Below are positions 40,276 to 49,997 of a DNA stretch of 64,000 nucleotides, piece after piece; position 1 is the first letter of the stretch, and each line of letters starts with the position of its first letter. The stretch is from a virus. Location: UHGV virus genome UHGV-0176771. The stretch is one strand, 5' to 3'. A program made the position numbers and the translations under genes. The notes beneath the pieces are model-generated. The model searched no databases, was not told the origin of the DNA, and saw only the letters and a program-made list of their open reading frames with translations.

Positions 40276-40683
40276 TTAAGATGTAGCCATAATACCAGCT
40301 GCTTTCAAAGCGTCCAGCAAAGCTTTGAACTCAGCCTTTGTAACATTTTCTCCTGCAGCTTCAGGAACCAAAGTAGACTGTTTTACGCCTCCAAGTGTTG
40401 TTTTATTCGCAGCCGGAAGAGTGTATGTCGCACCAGGATCTCCTTTTGCTCCTTTTAAATTTTTGAAAGCAAAATTAAATACCTTTGCTGTGTTTGCTCC
40501 ACTTGCTGTTACAGTTACAGATGGAACTCCAGTATTTGCGTCAACCGTTGCAGTTGGTGTTCCGAATCCTGCGGCTGTTCCAGGTGCGCCAACCTGTTCA
40601 TTTTTTACACCTTGCTCCAGCTTGTTCATCTTTTCAGCAGTAATAACATCTCCATCGCTCCATGTCGTTGGTGTATATGCCAT
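40276..40683 (-). CDS. Small fiber-family protein (135 aa). It shares its N-terminus with the 55920..57776 protein and its C-terminus with the 52946..53965 protein
   Basis: MAYTPTTWSDGDVITAEKMNKLEQGVK aligns with MEYDSTLWSDGDVISSEKMNKLEHGVK. The C-terminal ...TYTLPAANKTTLGGVK...KAEFKALLDALKAAGIMATS matches the 310-aa protein. Confidence 0.6.
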   Translation of the reverse strand: MAYTPTTWSDGDVITAEKMNKLEQGVKNEQVGAPGTAAGFGTPTATVDANTGVPSVTVTASGANTAKVFNFAFKNLKGAKGDPGATYTLPAANKTTLGGVKQSTLVPEAAGENVTKAEFKALLDALKAAGIMATS

Positions 40684-40771
40684 TTTTACTCACTCCTTAT
40701 TCATTCTGATTTTCCGACTTTTGCCTTTCCGATTTTCCCCCTGCCTATCAAGGCGAGATCTTCAGGGGGTT

Positions 40772-41539
40772 CTATTCCCCCTGTTCGTCCTCGTCCGGTA
40801 ACAGAGTCAGGTCAAGCATGTTTCCATCATCGTCAACCATCATGTCACAAGTAAGTGTTACAGTACCCGGATCTCCGGAACTTGCAAAAGACAGAGACAT
40901 ATTAGCCTGCGGAACTACTTTATATGCCTTGAACATATATGGAAGCACATCCTCATCTGTTGTTTTCATATATGTATCGCCGTAAACAGTAAACGCTTTC
41001 GGGAAGTCAGTAGATCTAATACTGATATTGTATACATCATTTCTGGTAGCAAGGTAGAATACAACAACTTCTGCTCCTTCTGCCTTTGAATCTTTCAATG
41101 TAATGTCCTGACCAGAAACAGTAGTTACCTCAAGTTTTGTTTCCATGTTAGAATCTGCTCCGTCATAAACCCATACATTTTCTTTTGTGAGAGTAACTTT
41201 TGTGTCAGTAATACTAACTTTATTGCTTTCGCCAACTTTTACCTTGACTCTCTTCATAATTTCTGCTGTTTTAGAACTCTTACCTCCAGTCATCAGTTCC
41301 CAAAGCTTAGGTGTCTGAATCTGCGTTTCAATCGTAAGAGTACCAGCACGTTCTCCAGAGAATGTAATTTTCTTTGGATGACCTTTCCCACCGTATGCAA
41401 ATACGTTTTCACCTGTCAATTCCTGACTTGATGTATTTGCGTAATCACAGAAAAGAAATGGTTCTTTTGTTTTATAATCTACAAACACCATGTCACAGAC
41501 TTCTCGGTTTGCCATCTGTTTTCCAAATTGATTTGCCAT
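40772..41539 (-). CDS. Major tail (tube) protein candidate (about 255 aa from MANQFGK...)
   Basis: Strong RBS AGGAGGAATTAAA-ATG at 41539. Beta-rich Thr/Val/Lys-rich sequence; position between the neck genes and the TMP region. The track ORF extends upstream in frame (41704), but that start lacks an RBS. Confidence 0.55.
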   Translation of the reverse strand: MANQFGKQMANREVCDMVFVDYKTKEPFLFCDYANTSSQELTGENVFAYGGKGHPKKITFSGERAGTLTIETQIQTPKLWELMTGGKSSKTAEIMKRVKVKVGESNKVSITDTKVTLTKENVWVYDGADSNMETKLEVTTVSGQDITLKDSKAEGAEVVVFYLATRNDVYNISIRSTDFPKAFTVYGDTYMKTTDEDVLPYMFKAYKVVPQANMSLSFASSGDPGTVTLTCDMMVDDDGNMLDLTLLPDEDEQGE

Positions 41540-41591
41540 TTTAATTCCTCCTATATAAGATTTGTTTTTTTGCAATAAAAAAGACACTGAA

Positions 41592-42371
41592 TTACTCAGC
41601 GTCATTTTTGTTATATATATTTGAACTCCAAGCACCAAACTTGAATTTCTTTTCTTTATCTCCCCATACAGACACCTGTGTAGAAGCAATGTCATATTGA
41701 TCAATTATCTGAAGCCTTTCAAATTCATTGAATAATTGATAAATTGTAATATCCCATATATTTATCCAGTTTAATGACAAACTTCTTACAGCAACGGACG
41801 ATATGATGTTAGGTAAAGACAAATCTGGATTTCCGCCAGAAGTTTTTTTGAATTCACGTTTTACCTTTTGCAACCTCTTGTATATTTTTAATCCACGTTT
41901 ATTTTTGATCTTTGTAATATCAGTCACTTCTGTATTGTCCGGTGTAATATGCACTCGTTGAAGAATTATATCCAACACATTATAATAATTTTTAGAATTT
42001 ATAATTCCTTTTGCTAGAAGTTCAGTATCGCCATTTTCTCTAACAATTTCCTCTGTGTATAGGAATGATTTATATTCATCAAACCATTCGAAATCCTCTA
42101 CAAAGAAAAAATTGAGAGCATTTTTAATCATATTTCTAAAATTTGAATCATATAAAATAAGGTCAAATTTTGTATACAAATTAATATCTGGATCTTCTAT
42201 TTTAAAATCTTCAATATAATCACTTGGAGTCATTCTTAGACATGACACATATTGTGCATAGACGCAATAAGATATGTCAGCAATCTCAATGAGCTTTGGA
42301 GATTTAATTCTTCCAATTCCAATAAGATCAAGTGGGAGAGGGGAGATAAGATCAAAATAATCTAATTTCAT
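41592..42371 (-). CDS. Head-tail joining / neck protein (259 aa)
   Basis: Position; ORF track. Confidence 0.45.
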   Translation of the reverse strand: MKLDYFDLISPLPLDLIGIGRIKSPKLIEIADISYCVYAQYVSCLRMTPSDYIEDFKIEDPDINLYTKFDLILYDSNFRNMIKNALNFFFVEDFEWFDEYKSFLYTEEIVRENGDTELLAKGIINSKNYYNVLDIILQRVHITPDNTEVTDITKIKNKRGLKIYKRLQKVKREFKKTSGGNPDLSLPNIISSVAVRSLSLNWINIWDITIYQLFNEFERLQIIDQYDIASTQVSVWGDKEKKFKFGAWSSNIYNKNDAE

Positions 42372-42382
42372 AATTAAAATCC

Positions 42383-42868
42383 TTATCTAAAAGTTGTAAT
42401 GGTAAATTCCAATGTTTTACCATAATGGTTTTCGCCATTTGTAAAAATGTTTACATTATTCAATTCTAATTTTCCTATGCCAAAATTTCTCGAAAATTCT
42501 TCGTCTTTAATCAATATTTCCTCAATTATTTCTGCTAGAATAGTAGGTCTGTTCCCGACATATCCCTTTTTGGAATACTTAAGTAACGACTTTTCACAAA
42601 AAACCTGTATAATGAGCTTAACATTTTTTGTGCTAGAATTTATTCGTGAGACTGTTGTATCTGCACAAATATATGTTTTTGCTTCTGTTTGAATTCCTTT
42701 TATATAAAGACAATCCCATATACAATCCTCATAAGCCTTTTGTAAATCAAAATCATTTTCATTAATTTGACTGCCAAACAGTACATCTCGGATTTCATCA
42801 GAATGCTTGAATGCTGAAATAACTTTTGATAATACTGTTCCAAGATCTTTTATATTTTTATCCCACAA
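42383..42868 (-). CDS. Head-tail joining / tail terminator-like protein (161 aa)
   Basis: Position; ORF track. Confidence 0.45.
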   Translation of the reverse strand: MWDKNIKDLGTVLSKVISAFKHSDEIRDVLFGSQINENDFDLQKAYEDCIWDCLYIKGIQTEAKTYICADTTVSRINSSTKNVKLIIQVFCEKSLLKYSKKGYVGNRPTILAEIIEEILIKDEEFSRNFGIGKLELNNVNIFTNGENHYGKTLEFTITTFR

Positions 42869-42880
42869 AATGACACCTCA

Positions 42881-43894
42881 TTATAAGTAAACTATTTCAA
42901 GCTCTATATTTGTTGTAACTAAATCGTCACCGAAAAATAAATTAAATTTTTCACCAATTAGATCAAATTGTTCTGTTTCTATCCATATAAACGCAGTGTT
43001 GTTTTCTGTTTTTAAATGCACTCTATCTTTTACGTTATCGCTCAAATACCATTTTCCAACTTTGTTCTCTATCTTTTCATTTCCAGAATAAAACTCGCCC
43101 AAAAATTTCTTTTCAATATCGCCAACACCAACTTGGTTTTTACCCTTATAAGAAATCTTGCACGTGCTATTTTTTTCTTGAGAAACATCTGATTTAATAT
43201 AATCCGCTATCCAATACTTTTTTCCATCAAAGTCAACAAGCGCATCTGTTTCTTTGTTAAATGACGAGAGAGAAAGTGTAAGTTGAATAAGACCACCTCG
43301 ATTAAAATATGAATTATCTGATAAAAACAATTTTCTATTTGTTAATCGATATGTGTCTGGCTCAATCGAATCATCAAAATCAATGCAAAATCTTTTGTCG
43401 CGCCGCCAATGTTTGGTGTCATTATCAACAGGCAATGTCAATCCATATTGGTAATCCCCGACTTTAATACTTGTATTCCCTGTTTCGCCAGAAGAATACT
43501 TAGTAAAATCTTCTGAATAGCACCATTTTTGAACAAGCCTTCCATTTTCATCTATTGTATTTAGCAATAGTGTACATAAATACATATATCCAGAATGCCA
43601 CGCCTTTTCATTAGGATCTAATACTGTCACAATCCATACTTGGTTATTCCAGTAAATGTAATCTCCAAGATTAAATGGCTCACTATGTATTGATTTAATT
43701 TTCTTTTTTGAGGCATTATTATCGGTGTCTTTTACCACCATTAATTTTCTATTTTCACCATTTATAACAACATCTTCGCAATCAATATTATTCCAATGCT
43801 TTTCAGATTCCTTGTTGATTATATTAAGTTGTTGTTCTTTCTTTGACGATACACGATAACTATTCTGAATTTTTCTGAAATAATTCAAATTCAT
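42881..43894 (-). CDS. Hypothetical neck/structural protein (337 aa)
   Basis: ORF track. Confidence 0.45.
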   Translation of the reverse strand: MNLNYFRKIQNSYRVSSKKEQQLNIINKESEKHWNNIDCEDVVINGENRKLMVVKDTDNNASKKKIKSIHSEPFNLGDYIYWNNQVWIVTVLDPNEKAWHSGYMYLCTLLLNTIDENGRLVQKWCYSEDFTKYSSGETGNTSIKVGDYQYGLTLPVDNDTKHWRRDKRFCIDFDDSIEPDTYRLTNRKLFLSDNSYFNRGGLIQLTLSLSSFNKETDALVDFDGKKYWIADYIKSDVSQEKNSTCKISYKGKNQVGVGDIEKKFLGEFYSGNEKIENKVGKWYLSDNVKDRVHLKTENNTAFIWIETEQFDLIGEKFNLFFGDDLVTTNIELEIVYL

Positions 43895-43905
43895 TTTTTA
43901 TCACC

Positions 43906-44409
43906 TCACTCGTCATATAAAGAATAATCAAGTACCGCTTTTAATTTGCCTGTTCTTCTATCCCTGTCTTGATAATTAGCCAATTCATCTTGCAAATTTA
44001 ATTTTAGTGTTTCAATAAAATTGCGATAACTTGTTCTTTCATTTGCTGGAGAAAACACAGTTAAATCAGATGGTGTAAAATTTATTTCCATAGCGTGTAA
44101 CAATGCTAAATCTCTTTCCATGTATTTAATAAACATCATATCAACAATGATTTTAATTTCTTTTGGTAATAGTTGGAAGTTTATGCGTTCAATTTCTGTG
44201 TCATAATCAGAAAAATCTACTTGCATATTTCCAAGAGATGTTAAGTCATCTAATGATTCAATAAGATATCTTTTAGACCTTTCATGTGCAATTTGAATTG
44301 CTTCTAATTCATCTACGTTATAATAATTAAAAAATTTATCATCCTTTTCTAATCGATCATAGAATCTATCACAAATTTCACTAAATGGAGTATAAGAATT
44401 TGACTTCAT
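43906..44409 (-). CDS. Head completion / connector-like protein (167 aa)
   Basis: Position downstream of the capsid gene; ORF track. Confidence 0.45.
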   Translation of the reverse strand: MKSNSYTPFSEICDRFYDRLEKDDKFFNYYNVDELEAIQIAHERSKRYLIESLDDLTSLGNMQVDFSDYDTEIERINFQLLPKEIKIIVDMMFIKYMERDLALLHAMEINFTPSDLTVFSPANERTSYRNFIETLKLNLQDELANYQDRDRRTGKLKAVLDYSLYDE

Positions 44410-44430
44410 GCCAAATTACCTCCCTGTTAT

Positions 44431-45096
44431 CTAATCAGACTTTTTCGGTCTTCCTGTTTTTTTAACCTGAGTATTTTCGACAGAATCAGTTTTCACCGTG
44501 TCATTTGATTTAAGCAAAGATTCCATCATCGCCTTCATTTCCTCAAGCTGTTTTTCCAAGTCTTTAACCTTCTTAGAATCTGAAGATGTATTTTCTGGGT
44601 CATCAACAAAAATGGAAGAAGATGATTTTCCCATAAACAATTCTTCTGTTCTTTTTTTTACAAGATTATTTACATCAAGAGTAATTGAATAACCTTCAAA
44701 TTTTAATTTTTGAAAAATTTCACGAACTCTATCAAAATCTGATAGCGTTTTTATTTTTAAAATTTTTTTCAGTCCATCCTTGTCTGGATGAAGTAAAATT
44801 TCTTTTATTTCTTCATATTTTAAAACATTTTCTTTTACAATCCCTAATTCGTTATAGATATCATTTTCGACATCTCCTTGGAATTCAAGTGATCCGCTTT
44901 TAAATACGTTACTGTTATTTGCGTATACAATTTCATCCCACGTAAGCGGAAGAGTAGTTGGTGATCCATCTACTGCGGATTCAATTACACATGTTTTACC
45001 TGGCGCAATTGTAATGCATACAGAATGTTCATTATAATTTAAAACCTGAAAATGTTTTGTGATTCCAAATTTACTACTAATAAAATCTCCTCCTCT
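44431..45096 (-). CDS. Hypothetical protein of about 221 codons with no ATG/GTG/TTG start; candidate SD+ATT initiation or +1 frameshift from a short leader ORF
   Basis: Codon-by-codon translation of the minus strand shows one open frame running from just after the TGA at about 45097 through to the track ORF 44431..44640 (...KKRTEELFMGKSSS...). AAGAGGAGGAGA lies 7 nt upstream of an in-frame ATT. The only ATG (45100) opens an 8-codon ORF, MKRRRFY*, in the -1 frame. Confidence 0.45.
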   Translation of the reverse strand, partial: RGGDFISSKFGITKHFQVLNYNEHSVCITIAPGKTCVIESAVDGSPTTLPLTWDEIVYANNSNVFKSGSLEFQGDVENDIYNELGIVKENVLKYEEIKEILLHPDKDGLKKILKIKTLSDFDRVREIFQKLKFEGYSITLDVNNLVKKRTEELFMGKSSSSIFVDDPENTSSDSKKVKDLEKQLEEMKAMMESLLKSNDTVKTDSVENTQVKKTGRPKKSD

Positions 45097-45156
45097 TCAT
45101 AATTTCTATCGAAGGAATCCCTCCGATAGAAATTTAAACAATAAAAAAAGACTACC

Positions 45157-46149
45157 TTATTTCAAAGTAACCTTTGCAAAGTTTTCGATATGTGTGAGCA
45201 TAAAGCCGTATGTAAAATCTTTCAACATAATATGAACTTTTTCACCTTGATTATTCATATCCTGATATACGTGAATTTCACCTTTCATATCCAGTGTTCC
45301 GATTTTATCTGCGATACCATAGATCCTCTTGTCTGGCAGGAGAAGCTGTCCAGTTCCAGTTTTCTTTGCTCCTGAAATACCTGCAATGCCAATTCCATCA
45401 TATGTTTTTACTAAACCATATCTGTTAAAATCGTCTTTCATAGCTCCTGACAAATACTGAGCAAAATTAGGCATACGTCTAATTGCCTGAGCATATTTAT
45501 TCAAAGTAACAATAACATTATCATCACCCCTATCATTCAGATAAAGAGATAATTTATCCATAGCCTCAAGAGTAGGTGTTGCTCCTGTAACCTCAATAAG
45601 AGCTTCTCCTCCTGTAACCGCGTTATCCGCCATAGAAAGTGCATCGTAAAATAACGCATTCTGACAAGCTTCTTTCATAAATGTAGTTAAGGTTGCGATG
45701 GATTTAAAACCATTTTTTCTTAAATCTACATATGAGATATCAGTTTCAACCTGACGATTTTTCCATGTAGGTTTTACAGTTTCAATATCAATGTAAGAAC
45801 GATCTACATTACCGCCTTTTGCAGCTTCATGTGCTACAAGTGTATTTTTTGGCTCCTTTGTTCCTTCTAAATCATCAAACTCTCCAACAGAACCTCTTTC
45901 AAAAATCTGATCAAGAAGTTCGTCCGGTGCGTTGTACACTTCTTCCTGTACAGTTCTAGTTACAAACTCTGCGATTTCGCAATTAGGATCCTTTCCTGTT
46001 TTACCGATTTCTCTTGCCCATGCATCGGAAATTTCAGCAATTTCTTTTTCTTCAGAGTTAAGCTCTCTTTTATAATTTACCTTTTCAGCAACTTCAAACA
46101 GAACACCATCTTTATCCATGAGTTCTGCGATTTCTGTTCTAATAGCCAT
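45157..46149 (-). CDS. Major capsid protein (HK97 fold; 330 aa)
   Basis: Position after the protease/scaffold and a decoration-like gene; length and composition typical of HK97-like MCPs. Confidence 0.7.
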   Translation of the reverse strand: MAIRTEIAELMDKDGVLFEVAEKVNYKRELNSEEKEIAEISDAWAREIGKTGKDPNCEIAEFVTRTVQEEVYNAPDELLDQIFERGSVGEFDDLEGTKEPKNTLVAHEAAKGGNVDRSYIDIETVKPTWKNRQVETDISYVDLRKNGFKSIATLTTFMKEACQNALFYDALSMADNAVTGGEALIEVTGATPTLEAMDKLSLYLNDRGDDNVIVTLNKYAQAIRRMPNFAQYLSGAMKDDFNRYGLVKTYDGIGIAGISGAKKTGTGQLLLPDKRIYGIADKIGTLDMKGEIHVYQDMNNQGEKVHIMLKDFTYGFMLTHIENFAKVTLK

Positions 46150-46173
46150 CTTATCAAGTCCTCCTTATTTTAT

Positions 46174-46659
46174 TTACGCAACAGATACTGCATCAGCAAC
46201 AACTTCTACGAGCACAAGTTTATGACCGTTATCTTTCATTGTTCCTGCAAATACATATCTTGAAGTTCCTTTTGTTGCTTTTTGCCATTTTCCATCTGCT
46301 CCAACAGACATTGCGAATCCTGGTTCCGCTTCGTCTCCAAAATCAGCAGCCTTAAACTGGTCTGTTCCAAATTTTTCTCCATCTGTATAGACTTCCAGAC
46401 CAACAAACTCTCCGATTTTTACTGATGTAAAATCATCATCGTAATCAGACATTTCCTGTCTTGCTGCATTAATTCCTGTAGGAATTCTTTCTTTTGTTAC
46501 AAGGTAGATATTTGTTGTTGTCTCAGCAGTAGGCAACTTTACCTCTTTTGTATTTTTTGTATCTTCTTTTACTACACCCATCCCAGTTACCATTGCAACT
46601 TTTGCTTTGTGCATTGTGTCTTTTGGCTGTGCGCCATTTCTACGAATATCTCTTAACAT
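46174..46659 (-). CDS. Head decoration / scaffold-like protein (161 aa)
   Basis: Position between the protease-scaffold gene and the MCP. Confidence 0.4.
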   Translation of the reverse strand: MLRDIRRNGAQPKDTMHKAKVAMVTGMGVVKEDTKNTKEVKLPTAETTTNIYLVTKERIPTGINAARQEMSDYDDDFTSVKIGEFVGLEVYTDGEKFGTDQFKAADFGDEAEPGFAMSVGADGKWQKATKGTSRYVFAGTMKDNGHKLVLVEVVADAVSVA

Positions 46660-46673
46660 GTAGCCAATCCTCC

Positions 46674-48257
46674 TTAATTATGTTTTCTACCATTTAAAAA
46701 TTTGCTCATAAATGACACAGAATCATCTGCAATGTCATCAGTTTCTAAACTAGCTGTTGCGACAGACTCTTCATTTGATGTTTCCTCGAATTCTGCGACT
46801 TCTGCTGCAGCATTATCAATGCGCTCAATATATCTTTCAGCAATTAAATTATTGATTTCTGAAACATTTCTTGATTCAATTAATTCAGCAATTTCTGTTT
46901 CGGCAATTTCAGATTCTGTAAACAAATTACCTTTTAACATCTTGCATCTAAGAGCATCTTTTTCTTCAGCAATTTCTGCTTCAATTTTTTCTTGTTCTGC
47001 CTTTTCTACCTTTTCTTTAAAAGGTTCCAATTCAGCAATTTTGGTTTTTAAGGTATTAATTGTTTTACCTGCGTTGATCACAGCATCATTTTTAATATCT
47101 AATTCAGCTTTTAGATTTCCAATCTCTTCATTTTTACTTGCAATTTCCATATTTACATCTTTTACTGCAACTGTAAGCTTAACGTCTACTGGTTCAGAAA
47201 CAAAAACTTCATCTCCAGAAACTTCATATGTAAATAATTTGTAATCAAGTTGGCTTTCGCTATCATCTGTTTTATACCAAACAGTATTATCTTCTGGGAA
47301 CCAAAATGCGACATATCCATAAACTCTTTTCCCAATTTTTTCGTCACAAGCTTTCCTGATTTTACTTTCAAGATCCCATTGAGTCAGAGATGCAATTTCT
47401 GTTACTTCAGCATTTTCTTCTGAGATCTCTTTTGTTTCTTCTGCAACTTTTGTCTTTTTCTTTGTAGAATCTGATCCACAAGAGGCAGTTTCTTCTGTCT
47501 TTTTTTCTTTATCATCTGTCTCTTTGACAGAAGTTTTTGTATCTTCTGTCTCTTCGTTTTCTATTTTCTTTTTTGTATTTTCTGCCAAGCCTATATCCTC
47601 CTTTACATCATTTTCTTCTATATCTAAATTAACCAAGTCCTTTTCTAAAGCCTCGGCTAATTCTGTATCAATATCTTTTTCTAGTTCAGCATATTCTATG
47701 ACACCAGCGCCTGGAACGCATGGAGTTTTAAGTCTTCCCAAACATGCATTTCCAATAAATTCAAACACTTTAAGAATTGTGCAGTCACCATCTTTTTCTG
47801 AGTCAGTTACCGTCATCTCCCAAGAAGAAGACAATTCTCCATCATCCCATAATTTATCGAACACTTTAAAATATTCGGGAAATCTACTTGTCCATAATTT
47901 GGTTTTTGCCAGGATGCATTTTTGTTTTCCGTTATATCCATCAACTTCACGTTCTTCAATCCACGAATCTGTAATGCTTCCAATAGGGAATGTATCAAAA
48001 GAAAACTTTTTTCCTTTTTTTGTTTTTGTTATTTTCATTTCATGACCGCCAAAATCAGAAGTTGCCTTTTTTAGTTTTGCAACAAGCGGATATCCAATTA
48101 TTGTTTTATGGTATTTTTTACCTGATTCGACAGGTATAATACGATTTATCCTGTCTGGCTGGTCTAAGACGCTAATTAAAAAAACTGCCTCTTTATAATT
48201 GTCATGACTTGCAATAGAAATAGGTGAACTAGAAAATATTTCTGTTTTATTAACCAT
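46674..48257 (-). CDS. Prohead protease fused to a scaffolding-like acidic coiled-coil domain (527 aa)
   Basis: N-terminal 200 aa are protease-like and precede a highly acidic Glu/Lys-rich coiled coil (scaffold-like). Position between the portal and the capsid. Confidence 0.55.
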   Translation of the reverse strand: MVNKTEIFSSSPISIASHDNYKEAVFLISVLDQPDRINRIIPVESGKKYHKTIIGYPLVAKLKKATSDFGGHEMKITKTKKGKKFSFDTFPIGSITDSWIEEREVDGYNGKQKCILAKTKLWTSRFPEYFKVFDKLWDDGELSSSWEMTVTDSEKDGDCTILKVFEFIGNACLGRLKTPCVPGAGVIEYAELEKDIDTELAEALEKDLVNLDIEENDVKEDIGLAENTKKKIENEETEDTKTSVKETDDKEKKTEETASCGSDSTKKKTKVAEETKEISEENAEVTEIASLTQWDLESKIRKACDEKIGKRVYGYVAFWFPEDNTVWYKTDDSESQLDYKLFTYEVSGDEVFVSEPVDVKLTVAVKDVNMEIASKNEEIGNLKAELDIKNDAVINAGKTINTLKTKIAELEPFKEKVEKAEQEKIEAEIAEEKDALRCKMLKGNLFTESEIAETEIAELIESRNVSEINNLIAERYIERIDNAAAEVAEFEETSNEESVATASLETDDIADDSVSFMSKFLNGRKHN

Positions 48258-48296
48258 TTTTTCACCTTCATATATTTAAATATAAGTTAGATTTGA

Positions 48297-49982
48297 CTAT
48301 TTAGATTCTCGATAATTTTTATCATATTCCTGTTTTTTCTCATTCACATCATTATCCTCGTTTGTTCCTCCCATTGGTCGTCCTGCACCAATTTCATCTG
48401 AGCCAGATGTATTGTAAGAAGTTGGATGAGGAGTCAGTATTAAATCATAACCATTCTCTTTTTCGGATTTTCTACGAACAACCTCATTATCAAAATCCAT
48501 GCCAAGAAATTCATACGCTGTTTGATATGAGCAATTGAGTTTTGAAAATAGGAATTCTACAAGATCCTTTTTGATTTCAAACTCTAACATTTCTGAATCT
48601 AAAATATGTGGAGTAGGGCAATACTCTATTGGTATACCTGCTTCAGATAAGACAACTTCATACCAACGTTGCAAAATTTTTTCCTGTCTTTCTGCAATTT
48701 TGTTAATTGTTTTCATGAGTTGTTTAATAGAAATATTTGCTGTGCTTACAGTTTGTTTTCCGTCAGTGTTCAAAAATGATATGCCTAATGCAGATGTAAC
48801 CCTAGACCTATATTGTGTAATCGTTTCTGTATTAGTCATTTCTACTTTTGGTTCTACATATTCAATCTTTTCAACGCTGCCTGGTGGAGTATACAGCACA
48901 GTTTTATTTTTAAAAGCCTGTACAAGGCAATCATGGGCATATGCCATATCCTCAAGTCCTTTTTTTTCGCCACGCTGTCCTAAAACTTCTTTTTTTAGAT
49001 ATTGGGCAATTATTTTTTTTGCCTTTGCTTTAGCATTAACATTGTCTGTTTTATCAAATGTATCAAGCATAATTTTAGGCTTCAACGCTTTAAAAACTGG
49101 CGAAATTCCATATTTACGATTCATATTGCCAAATCGATTTACTCCAGTCCTTTGAACATCAAGAATGGCGTATTTTTCTTTCGATGTGTAAGCTTTCGTA
49201 ACTTCTTTTGGATAATTATTTTTGATCTCTTCTGCAGTATTTTTGAAAAATAAAGGTTTATTCTTTTTGCTTTTTAGCATTGTTTTCTGCAGTCTGTTTG
49301 TTAGCTCGGATGTGTCAATCAACACGTAAGGAATTGTGTTCATAGAATAGTCGCTTATTAAAGCAACTCCTAATGGATATCTATCAACAACATGATGATA
49401 AATACCTTTAGATTTTTTTGATCTCAAGTATTGTATACAATTACCTTCGTCATATGTTGTAGTAATTGCAATAGTTACGATGTCATTTACGTTTATCTCT
49501 TTGTGAAAACGTTCAATTTCTGATTCTGCTTCGAGTTTTATTCCTTCGTCATAGTCTGATGGGAGAGTATCAAAAGATATTCTTACGTTAGAGTTAAGGT
49601 TTGATTCAACAGCCTCATGAACTTTTCCAATTATATCGTCTTCATTTGATGCTTGCCGTACTAATGCATTTATTTTTTGTATTTTTGAAATATCACTTTG
49701 TGCGTTAAAAGCTAAATCATCAATATCATCTAATGTTGTGGTTTTTGCTGTTCCGGATGACGATTCTTCATTTAACACAACAGAATATTGACTTCCACCT
49801 TTGTCAAATCTCTGTAATGCGTCGCGCATCCAATTTGTCTCTTGTTCTGATAGCTGAACATCAAATCCTGATACAATGACGGTTTCATCGTCAGAACTGA
49901 TGCTGTCTTTAATATCTGATGCGAAAGATATTTTATAGTTTTTAATGTCATCAACTTGTGATTCGTTAATATTATCTGACAT
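48297..49982 (-). CDS. Portal protein (561 aa)
   Basis: Immediately downstream of the large terminase; size typical. Confidence 0.65.
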   Translation of the reverse strand: MSDNINESQVDDIKNYKISFASDIKDSISSDDETVIVSGFDVQLSEQETNWMRDALQRFDKGGSQYSVVLNEESSSGTAKTTTLDDIDDLAFNAQSDISKIQKINALVRQASNEDDIIGKVHEAVESNLNSNVRISFDTLPSDYDEGIKLEAESEIERFHKEINVNDIVTIAITTTYDEGNCIQYLRSKKSKGIYHHVVDRYPLGVALISDYSMNTIPYVLIDTSELTNRLQKTMLKSKKNKPLFFKNTAEEIKNNYPKEVTKAYTSKEKYAILDVQRTGVNRFGNMNRKYGISPVFKALKPKIMLDTFDKTDNVNAKAKAKKIIAQYLKKEVLGQRGEKKGLEDMAYAHDCLVQAFKNKTVLYTPPGSVEKIEYVEPKVEMTNTETITQYRSRVTSALGISFLNTDGKQTVSTANISIKQLMKTINKIAERQEKILQRWYEVVLSEAGIPIEYCPTPHILDSEMLEFEIKKDLVEFLFSKLNCSYQTAYEFLGMDFDNEVVRRKSEKENGYDLILTPHPTSYNTSGSDEIGAGRPMGGTNEDNDVNEKKQEYDKNYRESK

Positions 49983-49997
49983 TATTCACCGTCCTTT

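Noticed and set aside
46702-49155. Plus-strand ORFs of 173-206 aa (46702..47244, 47524..48045, 48535..49155) inside the protease/scaffold and portal genes
   Set aside because: They are antisense shadow ORFs within well-supported minus-strand genes. Their products are low-complexity Ser/Phe/Ile-rich translations, and they lack an RBS.
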